Assembly: GCA_965224245.1 (NCBI GenBank)
Contig: OZ245046.1
Location: 2,112,001 to 2,176,000, forward strand
Direction of reading: 5' to 3'
Length of the DNA stretch: 64,000 nucleotides
Source of the DNA: Candidatus Eiseniibacteriota bacterium
GTDB lineage: Bacteria; Eisenbacteria; RBG-16-71-46; CAZAMP01
Below, piece after piece: positions 28,417 to 37,393 of the stretch; the first letter of the stretch is position 1; every line of letters begins with the position of its first letter. A program made the position numbers and the translations under genes. Under the pieces are notes generated by a model, which saw only the letters and a program-made list of their open reading frames with translations, ran no database searches and was not told where the DNA came from.

Positions 28417-29431
28417 CGCGCACGCAGCCGCGGCGATCGGCGCTGCCCGCGCGGCCGCCGCCGCTCTCGCGGCGATGGCGGTCCTCTCGTGCCTGGCGGG
28501 CCCCGTCTCGGCCATCGGCGACCAGCGCTCGGGCACCAGCTCGGGCACGTTCCTCAAGATCGCCGCCGATCCCCGGGGCGCCGCGATGGGCAACGCCGTG
28601 GTGGCCGACGCGCCCGGGATCACCGCGCTCGTCTGGAACCCGGCATCGCTGACCACGCTGGGCACGATGCAGCTCATGGCGTCGTACACGCGCTGGCCGG
28701 GCGAGATCGACTACTCGTACGCGGCGCTGGCCAGCTACGTCGGGCGCTTCTCCGGCACCGTGGGGCTCCAGATCGGCCACCTCGGCGTCGTCATGGAGGA
28801 GACGACCGAGGCCAATCCGACCGGGACCGGCGAGAACTTCGGCGTCCGGGACTGGTTTCTGGCGGGAACCTACGCGCGCCGGTTCACCGACCGGCTCTCG
28901 TTCGGCCTCACCGCCCGGTTGGTGCGCGAGGAGCTCGGCACCGAGATCGGCGGTCCGTCCTCCACGAACGTGCTGTTCGACTTCGGGACGCTCTACTACA
29001 TGGACTTCCTCGATCTGAAGCTGGCGTTCGCGCTCCAGCACTTCGGTCCCGAGTTTCAGCCCAGCGGTGAGTACGTCTCGGCCGCGACCGGCGCGGAGAC
29101 GAGCTACGAGCCCTTCGCCCCTCCCACGACGTTCCGCCTCGGCGTTTCGGGTCCCATCCATCGCACCGAGCACACGCTGATCCGGGGCAACGTCGAGATG
29201 AACCACTTCTCGGACGCCGACGAGACGCTCCGCGTGGGCACCGAGTTCGGCTTCGACGACATGTTCTTCGTGCGCGCCGGATACGACATCGCCGCGGACG
29301 CGATGAAGTTCTCGGCTGGAGCGGGCTTCCACACGCGTTTCGGATTCAGCACCGGAGACGCGGACTACGCGTTCACCGATGCCGGCCCACTGGGAGTGGT
29401 ACACCGCGTTGCGATTCGCATCGATCTGTAG
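28406..29431 (+). CDS. PorV/PorQ family outer-membrane beta-barrel
   Basis: GTSSGTFLKI...RGAAMGNA..A, WNPA, PTTFRLG, DYAF...GPLG.VHR. Confidence 0.88.
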   Translation: MSGSAHAAAAIGAARAAAAALAAMAVLSCLAGPVSAIGDQRSGTSSGTFLKIAADPRGAAMGNAVVADAPGITALVWNPASLTTLGTMQLMASYTRWPGEIDYSYAALASYVGRFSGTVGLQIGHLGVVMEETTEANPTGTGENFGVRDWFLAGTYARRFTDRLSFGLTARLVREELGTEIGGPSSTNVLFDFGTLYYMDFLDLKLAFALQHFGPEFQPSGEYVSAATGAETSYEPFAPPTTFRLGVSGPIHRTEHTLIRGNVEMNHFSDADETLRVGTEFGFDDMFFVRAGYDIAADAMKFSAGAGFHTRFGFSTGDADYAFTDAGPLGVVHRVAIRIDL

Positions 29432-29459
29432 ACCGGCGCACCCCGGCGCCCCTGGGCGC

Positions 29460-31421
29460 GTGGGCCGCGCCCGGAGGATCCTGGCGCTCTGGGGGACGGG
29501 TACGATCGTGATCGGTTGTGCCGAGAAGTTCGACCTGCCGCCGGTGCCCGAGCCGTTCATCCCGGTACCCGGTGCGTACAACTTCGACCACGAGTGGCGC
29601 GGCATGGGACGCGTCGTGGACATGGCGATGACGGGCGTGCAGCTGTACGTGCTGACCGAGCGCGACGGCAGCCGCACCGTGGAGGGCTACCTGGCCACCG
29701 CGGCCGAGCCGGTCGAGCTCCCGGACTTCCTGATCGGCGACTACGCCGGCGCCCGGCGCCCGGTCGCGATTGCGCAGCAGGGCGATCACCTGTACGTGGC
29801 CGATGCACGCGGCCCCGACGCCTTGACCCTCGAACGCGAGTGCGGCGGCGACGACTGCGCGCTTCGGCTGACCGCGGGCGCCGGCGGCTCGATCCAGCAC
29901 CTGGCCGGCCGCGACCTCGTCGAGCGCGTCCGACAGGACTTCCGGCTCGACATGCGCTTCCGCCTCGACGCGTTCCCCGACGGGTCGCGCGCGTGGATCA
30001 CGCTGGGGACGGCACCCGGGCGGCCGGCGATCTGGCTCGAGGTGGGGCGCGATCGGTTCATCCGGCCCGTGCGCTCGGACGGCGCGTTCCCGGTGGACTC
30101 GCTGGCCTTCGGGCTCGGCGAATGGCACGACATCTCGATTCGTCACGATTGGGCCGGAAGCACGTACGCGGTCACGATGGACGGCACGCGCTTCACGACC
30201 AACGTCCCCGTCTACTATCCGCTGGAGGACGACGCCATCGGCGCGCTGTCGATCCGGCTGACCGGCGACGGTGTCTCGGGCGCCGTGGACGACGTCGTGC
30301 TGTCGATCGACCAGAGGGCGCCGGGCGCGATCACCGATCTGACCGTCGAGCCGGTCAGCGCGGCGGCGGTGCGTCTGCGCTGGACGGCACCCGGCGACGA
30401 CGGCGACACCGGCACCGTGGAGCGATACGAGATCCTGTGGGCTCGCCGCGAGGCGCTGCTCGAGGACGGCACTCCGGTACCGGGGCCCACCCCGCTGCCG
30501 GCGGGGAGCCTCCAGACGTTCGATCTCCTGGGCCTGGGAGGCGCCGATTCGGTCTACGTGTACGTGACCGCATACGACGAGAGCGACAACGCGGGTCCCC
30601 CGTCGAACCTGGCGGTCACCGCCGTGACGTCGCCGCATCGCGTCCCGCGGGCTGCGCGAGCGGGACGGCCGGCCCGCACGCTTCCGGACACGCTCCTCGT
30701 CATCGACTTCGAGGACGTGTCGGAGCTGGACGCGTGGACTCTCGGTCCGTTCTTCACCAACGACCCGGCCCCGGCCGTCCTGCGCTACGATCTCCGCGAG
30801 GGCGGCGACCCGGAGCTCGCGATGACGAACCCCGACTGGTATCACGTGCACGGGATCGCGGTCTCCCCCACGCGCATCGTGTACGTGTCGGTGGAGACGC
30901 GCGACCCGGCCGATCCGTCCGGGGTGCTCCGGCTGGGCGAGATCCAGCGCTTCGACGCCGCGGGGCGCCCGCTCGAGCCCCTGGCCGAGAGCGGGAGCGG
31001 CGCCGGCTTCGTCTCCTCGCCGCGTGGCATCTACTTCGACAGCGAGAACGTGCTCGTGGCCGACGCCGAGCTGAACCGCGTGCAGAAGCTGGACGCGTCC
31101 ACCACCAACGAGGGTCTCGTGCAGATCCCTCCGCTCGACGTCAGCGAGGCCTGGTTCAGCGCGCCCACCGAGGTGGTCAGCGACGAGCGGCTGTTCATCT
31201 ACGTCGCGGACACCGGCTCGGATCGCATCCTCCGCTTCGACCGCGAGGGTGCGTTCGCGGACACCGTGTACGCCCCGATGTACGAGCCGACCATCGGCGC
31301 CGGCGTCCTCGCGCGCCCCAGCGCGATCGAGGCCGACTCCGCCAGCGTGTGGGTGGCCGACCCGGCAAACGAGCGCATCGTCGTCCTGACGCGGGCGGGC
31401 ACGATCTCGGGAGGTGGATGA
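29460..31421 (+). CDS. Lipoprotein with NHL/beta-propeller repeats and an internal FN3 domain
   Basis: Lipobox IVIGC; RPVAIA..YVAD, PRGI..VAD..NRVQK, IYVADTGSDRI; FN3 PGAITDL..LRWTAPGDDG; start GTG 29460 inferred. Confidence 0.78.
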   Translation: MGRARRILALWGTGTIVIGCAEKFDLPPVPEPFIPVPGAYNFDHEWRGMGRVVDMAMTGVQLYVLTERDGSRTVEGYLATAAEPVELPDFLIGDYAGARRPVAIAQQGDHLYVADARGPDALTLERECGGDDCALRLTAGAGGSIQHLAGRDLVERVRQDFRLDMRFRLDAFPDGSRAWITLGTAPGRPAIWLEVGRDRFIRPVRSDGAFPVDSLAFGLGEWHDISIRHDWAGSTYAVTMDGTRFTTNVPVYYPLEDDAIGALSIRLTGDGVSGAVDDVVLSIDQRAPGAITDLTVEPVSAAAVRLRWTAPGDDGDTGTVERYEILWARREALLEDGTPVPGPTPLPAGSLQTFDLLGLGGADSVYVYVTAYDESDNAGPPSNLAVTAVTSPHRVPRAARAGRPARTLPDTLLVIDFEDVSELDAWTLGPFFTNDPAPAVLRYDLREGGDPELAMTNPDWYHVHGIAVSPTRIVYVSVETRDPADPSGVLRLGEIQRFDAAGRPLEPLAESGSGAGFVSSPRGIYFDSENVLVADAELNRVQKLDASTTNEGLVQIPPLDVSEAWFSAPTEVVSDERLFIYVADTGSDRILRFDREGAFADTVYAPMYEPTIGAGVLARPSAIEADSASVWVADPANERIVVLTRAGTISGGG

Positions 31422-33454
31422 TGCGGCGGTGGTTCGAACGAGGGGTGTGTGCTCTCGGACGCGTGGCGATCGCCGCCGGGATGGGTGCGCTCGTCGCGGG
31501 CCCGCTCACCGAGGCGGCGGCCCAGATCACCGCGTTCGACGAACGCGTCACCACCGCCGGCAACATCGGCCTCACGGTCTCCAACTACGCCAGACAGGGG
31601 AACGACTTCCGCAACCGATCCTCGTCGTTCGAGTTTCCCGCCCGGAGCGGCGAGGAGCACATGACGCGGGGCGGAATCTGGATCGGCGGCATCGTCCTGA
31701 ACGCCGCCGACGCGTCGCTGGACACCCTCGTGACCACGTCGGTCAGCGACGACTACGGCGGTGCCGAGCTGGGCTCGAGCGCCGAGTTCACGCCGGTGCG
31801 CGGCGCGGGCTGGCCTCCGGGCACGTCGATGCTCGAGCGATCCGCCCAGCCCTCGAGCGCGTTCTTCTCGCCGCAGGCCATCGCCGATCAGGAGTTCGTG
31901 GCCATCTGCGTGGACACCGTGCGCGTGGGGACCGGCGTGGATCGACATCGCCCCCTGAACGTCAAGCTGCGCCAGGAGGCACTGGTCTGGGGCTTCAACC
32001 CGTACGACGGGATCGTGTTCATCAACTTCGAGCTGACGAACCTGAGCCGCACCCGCAACGTCTTCGACGTCTACGTGGGTCTCTACACCGAGCTGACCAG
32101 CGGCAACAAGGACGCCGCCGATCGGTGGCCGCCGCCGGGCGCGTGGTACGGCACGAAGAACATCGCGTGGGTCGACTCGCTGCGCTATCTGGCCGAGCAG
32201 CGCGCGCCGGGGCTGTCGGGCGACCCGTACGAGGTGTCCTCCTGGTGCGGCGCTCAGATGCTGGGCATCTCCACGTCGATCCCGGGGGACGACTCCACGA
32301 TCGACGACAAGACGACCACGTTCGTGTGGTGGGAGTGGCAGGACGAGACCCCGGAGACCGATCGGGAGCGATACGAGGTCATGTCCTCGGGCGAGACCAC
32401 GCCGACGCAGTTCGACGAGTTCAGCGATCTCGGCGCCGATCCGGTCTCCCTGACCTCGATCGGGCCGTTCTCCACGCTGTCCGCCAACGAGGCCGACACG
32501 GTGCGCTTCTCGATCGCGTACATCGGCGGGCTGGACGCCGAGGACCTCAACGACCGAGCGAAGATCGCGCTCGACGCGTACCGCCAGGGCTTCCGCATCC
32601 CGAAGCCGCCACCGGCCCCGGACTACCTCGTGGAGCCCGGACCGAACGAGATCACGATCCGCTGGGACGACACGGCCGAGCGCACGCCCGACCCGCAGAC
32701 GGGCCTGATCGACTTCGAGGGCTACCGGCTCTATCTGGGCCGATCGTCCGAGTCGACCGCGCTGGATCTCCTGAAGGAGGTCGACGTCGTGGACGACTAC
32801 ACGTACTCGCCCGACGCCACGCAGGAGGACATCCGCTTCAACACGGGGCTGGAGTCGGTCCTGTCCGACGATCCGATCATCGTCGTGGACGGCGAGGACA
32901 CGCTGCGCTACGTGTACGAGTACGTGATCCGCGACCTCCGTGACGGGTTCAAGTACTGGACGTCGCTGACCGCGTTCGACAAGGGCACGCAGGAGATCGG
33001 TCCCCTGGAGAGCGGCCTGGCGCTGACCCAGCGCCTGTCGATACCGGGATCGAGCCCGGTGCCGGTCGACGACGGGTCGGGGCGCGTGTCGGTGTTTCCG
33101 AACCCGTACCGGGGATCGGCGGCCTGGGACGGCGAGCAGCTCCGCGATCGCTATCTCTGGTTCCGCAATCTGCCCCAGCGGGCGCGCATCCGGATCTACA
33201 CGCTGGGCGGGGATCTCGTGGATTCGTTCGACTTCGACGGCGACACCTACGACGCGCGGGACGTGCGCGGCATCTACGATCCGACCGACCCGCGGAACCC
33301 GGAGATCGATCTCCCCGTCATGTCCGGCGGCATGGCGGCCTGGGACCTGATCACGCGAGACGACCAGGCGATCGCCACCGGACTCTATCTGTTCAGCGTC
33401 GAGGACCTGGCGACCGGCCGCCGGGACCTCGGGAAGTTCCTGGTTCTGAAGTAG
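31418..33454 (+). CDS. Secreted protein with FN3-like domain and T9SS-CTD-like C-terminus
   Basis: Signal peptide; GNIGLTVSNY..EFP..SG; PPPAP...ITIRWD...DFEGYRLY; VFPNPY...FRNLP...IRIYTLGGDLV...ATGLYLFSVE...GKFLVLK. Confidence 0.82.
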   Translation: MMRRWFERGVCALGRVAIAAGMGALVAGPLTEAAAQITAFDERVTTAGNIGLTVSNYARQGNDFRNRSSSFEFPARSGEEHMTRGGIWIGGIVLNAADASLDTLVTTSVSDDYGGAELGSSAEFTPVRGAGWPPGTSMLERSAQPSSAFFSPQAIADQEFVAICVDTVRVGTGVDRHRPLNVKLRQEALVWGFNPYDGIVFINFELTNLSRTRNVFDVYVGLYTELTSGNKDAADRWPPPGAWYGTKNIAWVDSLRYLAEQRAPGLSGDPYEVSSWCGAQMLGISTSIPGDDSTIDDKTTTFVWWEWQDETPETDRERYEVMSSGETTPTQFDEFSDLGADPVSLTSIGPFSTLSANEADTVRFSIAYIGGLDAEDLNDRAKIALDAYRQGFRIPKPPPAPDYLVEPGPNEITIRWDDTAERTPDPQTGLIDFEGYRLYLGRSSESTALDLLKEVDVVDDYTYSPDATQEDIRFNTGLESVLSDDPIIVVDGEDTLRYVYEYVIRDLRDGFKYWTSLTAFDKGTQEIGPLESGLALTQRLSIPGSSPVPVDDGSGRVSVFPNPYRGSAAWDGEQLRDRYLWFRNLPQRARIRIYTLGGDLVDSFDFDGDTYDARDVRGIYDPTDPRNPEIDLPVMSGGMAAWDLITRDDQAIATGLYLFSVEDLATGRRDLGKFLVLK

Positions 33455-33465
33455 GGGTATCGCCG

Positions 33466-34986
33466 ATGGAGTCGAGTCGATCGATTGGAGCCATCGGGGC
33501 GCGCGCGGCTCTCGCGGCGGCCTCGGTGGTGCTGGTCGTGGCCGGCTGCGAGGCCCCCACCGGCTCCCGGGTCGGCAACCTGCCGCCCGAGACGTACCTG
33601 TTCATCAGTGACGCCGAGACCGACACCACGAGCTACGTCGTGGACCTCCACTGGTGGGGATCGGACCCCGACGGCGACGTGGTCGAGTATCAGTTCCGGA
33701 TCGACAGCCTGTGGACTCCCGATCCGACCGATACGTTGACCGCCGACGACCCGCCGTGGGTCCGCACGGTCCGCACCGAGCGGACGTTCACGCTGCCGGT
33801 CGAGGGCACCGGCCGGTCGGCGGTGGTGACGTTCCGCGCCGTCGACGACGCGGGCGCGATCGACCCGATGCCGGTCACCCAGACCTTCCACCTCCGGAAC
33901 CGAAAGCCGACGCTGGAGTTCGGCACAGACCTGGCTCGGCCCACCCGCTCGCTGCCCGCGGTCACGTTCTCGGTGGTCGCCGAGGACCCCGAGGGCGACG
34001 AGACGATCGTCGGCTACCGCGTGTGGTTCGACGGCGAGGACCGGGAGACGGACGCGCGCACGATCCCCGGGCCCGCGGTGGCCCAGATCGCGCTCGGTCC
34101 CGACGACTTCCCGAGCGCCGGCGCGCTGACGATCAACATCGTGGCCGTCGACGACTCGAACACCGAGAGTGACCGGGTGCTCCGGCACACGTGGGACGTC
34201 ATCGACACCGAGGCCAAGCGGGTCCTCATCGTCGATCAGTATCCCGCCGGTGGGCTGTTCGACGCGGACATCGCCGCGTTCTGGCGGAACGTCACCGAGG
34301 CGCGCCTGTCACCGGACGAGATCATCACGTTCGACTACACGGCCGACGGCGGCTTTCGCACGACGGCCGAGGTGGAGCTGAGCTTCTCGGCATTCGAGGC
34401 GGTCATCTGGTACTCGGGGCTCCAGCCGAACAACCTGACCCAGACGCTCCGGCGCATCCAGGAGCTCAGGCGGGCCAGCCAGGCGATGGAGCGATACACC
34501 GCCGGCGGCGGGAACGTGCTCCTGTCGAGCACGTTCGCGTTCGGAAATGCAGTGAACCCGACCGAGGGTGCGGCGTCGGCCGCCTGGGATTCCGCCGCCA
34601 CGTATCGCCTCTTGCGGATCACGCGCGAGTTCACGAACCCTCAGGGCAACACGAACTTCCTGTTGTTCCCGACGATCACGTTCGGCTTTCCGGCCGAGTG
34701 GGCACTCCCGACCACGCATCCGCAGGGACTGCTGAACTACGTGGACTTCCTGGCCGTCCCGACCCGCATGACCCGGCTCATGTGGGTGCCTCCGGGGTCT
34801 CTCAACGTGGGCTTCGACGATGACGGCAACTTCGTCCAGAACGAGGTCGACTACGACTGCGCGTTCCGGATCGACACCGAGGGCGGCGGCGCGTTCGTCA
34901 TCGCCACGCTGCCGCTGTCGCGGCTGAACCCGATCACCTCGGGCGAGACGTTCGTGAACCGGGCGTTCGATGCGTTCGGGCTCTGA
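33466..34986 (+). CDS. Lipoprotein with Ig-like repeats and C-terminal alpha/beta domain
   Basis: Lipobox VVAGC; NLPPET..LHWWGSDPDGDV..Y, FRAVDDAGAIDP; VLIVD, AVIWYSG, GGNVLLS. Confidence 0.78.
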   Translation: MESSRSIGAIGARAALAAASVVLVVAGCEAPTGSRVGNLPPETYLFISDAETDTTSYVVDLHWWGSDPDGDVVEYQFRIDSLWTPDPTDTLTADDPPWVRTVRTERTFTLPVEGTGRSAVVTFRAVDDAGAIDPMPVTQTFHLRNRKPTLEFGTDLARPTRSLPAVTFSVVAEDPEGDETIVGYRVWFDGEDRETDARTIPGPAVAQIALGPDDFPSAGALTINIVAVDDSNTESDRVLRHTWDVIDTEAKRVLIVDQYPAGGLFDADIAAFWRNVTEARLSPDEIITFDYTADGGFRTTAEVELSFSAFEAVIWYSGLQPNNLTQTLRRIQELRRASQAMERYTAGGGNVLLSSTFAFGNAVNPTEGAASAAWDSAATYRLLRITREFTNPQGNTNFLLFPTITFGFPAEWALPTTHPQGLLNYVDFLAVPTRMTRLMWVPPGSLNVGFDDDGNFVQNEVDYDCAFRIDTEGGGAFVIATLPLSRLNPITSGETFVNRAFDAFGL

Positions 34987-35065
34987 GGTCCGAGGCCGCC
35001 CCGCGGCCCGGCCGGGATCCCGGTCGCGCTGACCGGACGGACACCCGCGTCGAGCCCCGCATCTG

Positions 35066-35095
35066 TTGTCGGCTCCGAGGGCCATGTGATAGACT
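35066..35095 (+). promoter_or_regulatory. Putative extended -10 promoter
   Basis: TTGTCG-N18-TAGACT with TG extension upstream of the 35254 gene. Confidence 0.45.
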
Positions 35096-35253
35096 CTGCG
35101 CGCTCGAAACAGACGAGACGCGCGCCGCACCGACAACGCAACTTCGCCATTTACAGCCACTTGCGGCCGTCATCCAGAAACGGAAACAAGGGCGACGGAC
35201 GCCGCAGATCGCGTCGGCGGCCCCGGCACCGCATCCGATCGAAGGAGCCTCTC

Positions 35254-37185
35254 ATGCAGCGAGCCATCGGCTCTCTCGTGTGCGCCGGCGTGGCGTTGAC
35301 CGCGATGGTCGCCCCCGCCGTCGCCGACCTGACCATCTACGACATCCAGGGATACGGAGCTGTGACGCCGGGCAATCCCGTGGACGTCGACGGCGTCGTC
35401 GTCACGGGCATCTACGCGTTCGGGTTCATGGCGCAGGAGCCCGACGAGGATGCCGGGTCGTCGATGTTCGGCCGCACGTACGGCGGGATCTGGGTGTACA
35501 CCGGCGGCGCGCCGGACGTCGAGTTCGGCGATCTCGTGGACCTGGAAGGCGAGTACCAGGAGTTCTTCGACGAGTCCGAGATCGACGTGACGGTGGCCGG
35601 CAGCAGCGTGATGATCGTCGGAACCGCCCCGCAGCCGCCGTACCTTCCGGTCGTCATCACCGACATCAACGACGAGCTCGCCGGTGAGCCGTGGGAGGGC
35701 GTCCTGATCGAGACCACGCAGCCGAACATGGTCTCCACCGATACCCTCAACACCGGCTGCGGCAGCGCCTCCCCGACGCGCTGGGGCGTCTACCAGACCA
35801 GCGCGCCGACCGACTCGCTCTTCGTGCGAAACTCGGTCACCACGCACGAGATCCCGATCCCCGGATCGCCGATCTCGTACCTCCGTGGCCCGATGAGCTT
35901 CCACCGGTGCCTCCGGAAGGTCATTCCCCGGGACAACGACGACATCGGCTACATCGCCGCGCCCAACATCGTCTGGGCGTACTCGACCGGCAACACGTCG
36001 TGCGACATCGTGTTCAGCCGCGACGTCACCCAGGCCAGCGCCGAGGATGTGCTCAACTACTTCTTCGCCTCCGGGGTCGCGGTTCTCGCCGCCGAGCGCG
36101 ACGCGAGCGACTTCAGCGTCGTCCACCTGACGACGTCGACACAGTTCTACGGCATCCAGGACGAGCTGTTCGCGTTCGACATCCAGTCCGAGGGCGGGGC
36201 GGTCATGCCCGCCCCGCAGTCGTTCCAGTTCTTCACCGACGTCCTCGCGATCAGCGACGTCCAGTTCGTCGACGATCCGGTGCAGGGAGCCGACCAGTCC
36301 GAGTTCCTGAACGGCGTCGTCACCTGCGTGGGGGTGGCCACCTCGTCGACCATCGCGGCTCCGACCAGCGACTACTTCTTCGCCGACGCGGCCGGCGCCT
36401 GGAGCGGCATCGCGGTCGATCTGATCGGTGAAGAGGTCGAGATCGGCGACATGGTCATGGTCTCCGGCCGCATCACCGAGTCGTTCGGCCGGACGAACTT
36501 CCAGTACACGGGCTTCGGCCGCTCGGTGAACCTCGGCCCCGGCACGCCGATCGCGCCAACCGCTCTGGCCCCGGGCGACGTGCCGTACCAGGGCGTGCCC
36601 GACTCCGAGCCGTACGAGAGCGTGCTCGTGACCGTGCAGAATGCGGTGCTGGACACCGTTCCCGGCGGCTGGCCGTTCGGCGAGTACTTCATGATCGACA
36701 ACTCGCCGGCCCCCGGTGACTCCGCCATGCTCGACGTCTCCGAGTCGACCGTCTGCTCGGATTTCATGTACATGCCCGCCATCGGTGACGAGGGCGACTT
36801 CACCGGCGTCCTGAACTACTCGTTCTCGAACTACCGCCTCACGCCGCGCTGCGACGACGACATCGACGTGACGGCGGCCGCGGTGGGCATCGTGACCACG
36901 CCCACGGCGCTGGGGCTCGGGAACCACCCGAATCCGTTCAACCCCACCACGACGATCGCCTTCCGGCTCACCGACGCCACGCGAGTCGACCTCGAGGTGT
37001 ACGAGCCGTCGGGCCGCGTCGTCCGGACGCTCATGGCCGGCGTGGACCTCGACGCCGGCGAGCACGAGGTGGCCTGGGACGGAATGGACGACACTGGCCT
37101 GCCGGTGGCCAGCGGGACCTACTTCTACCGCGTGATCGCCGACGGCCGACAGGCGGCCACGCGGACGATGACGCTCCTGAAGTAG
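35254..37185 (+). CDS. Secreted protein with two OB-fold pairs (YhcR/ExeM-type) and C-terminal FlgD-Ig/T9SS-like domain
   Basis: Signal peptide; LTIYDIQG..VVVTG..GF.AQE..GIWVY..GDLV..G.Y.EF; second AISDVQ..GD.V.VSG.ITE.FG.T; GNHPNPFNPTT...WDG.DD.G..VASGTYFYR; AAGGAG RBS. Confidence 0.85.
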   Translation: MQRAIGSLVCAGVALTAMVAPAVADLTIYDIQGYGAVTPGNPVDVDGVVVTGIYAFGFMAQEPDEDAGSSMFGRTYGGIWVYTGGAPDVEFGDLVDLEGEYQEFFDESEIDVTVAGSSVMIVGTAPQPPYLPVVITDINDELAGEPWEGVLIETTQPNMVSTDTLNTGCGSASPTRWGVYQTSAPTDSLFVRNSVTTHEIPIPGSPISYLRGPMSFHRCLRKVIPRDNDDIGYIAAPNIVWAYSTGNTSCDIVFSRDVTQASAEDVLNYFFASGVAVLAAERDASDFSVVHLTTSTQFYGIQDELFAFDIQSEGGAVMPAPQSFQFFTDVLAISDVQFVDDPVQGADQSEFLNGVVTCVGVATSSTIAAPTSDYFFADAAGAWSGIAVDLIGEEVEIGDMVMVSGRITESFGRTNFQYTGFGRSVNLGPGTPIAPTALAPGDVPYQGVPDSEPYESVLVTVQNAVLDTVPGGWPFGEYFMIDNSPAPGDSAMLDVSESTVCSDFMYMPAIGDEGDFTGVLNYSFSNYRLTPRCDDDIDVTAAAVGIVTTPTALGLGNHPNPFNPTTTIAFRLTDATRVDLEVYEPSGRVVRTLMAGVDLDAGEHEVAWDGMDDTGLPVASGTYFYRVIADGRQAATRTMTLLK

Positions 37186-37220
37186 GCCCGCGACCGAGCG
37201 GCCCGAGCCGCCGCGATACC

Positions 37221-37255
37221 GAGCGTGTCCCCCGAGCCGGGGGGCACGCTCTTCT
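37221..37255 (+). terminator. Putative intrinsic terminator
   Basis: 14-bp stem GAGCGTGTCCCCCG-agc-CGGGGGGCACGCTC (one G-U pair) followed by TTCT. Confidence 0.55.
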
Positions 37256-37302
37256 CGTGTCCGCCCCCCGGCCGTCTCTGGGGCCCGGCGTCGGCGGAGC
37301 CA

Positions 37303-37332
37303 TTGACGCGCCTCGTTTTCGAAACCTATTCT
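37303..37332 (+). promoter_or_regulatory. Putative sigma70 promoter of the S8 peptidase gene
   Basis: TTGACG-N18-TATTCT in a locally AT-richer gap. Confidence 0.45.
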
Positions 37333-37393
37333 CTTCGTGTTTCGAATCCAAGCTGGGCTCCCACCCCGCCACCTCCCGAGAAGGAAGAACGCC

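Noticed and set aside
25375-28689. 1104-aa minus-strand ORF and many other long overlapping ORFs (e.g. 5017-7326, 21613-23667, 35170-37467)
   Set aside because: Antisense or off-frame shadows of well-supported genes; stop-codon scarcity at high GC; Arg/Gly/Pro-rich or mirror-codon composition with no motifs.
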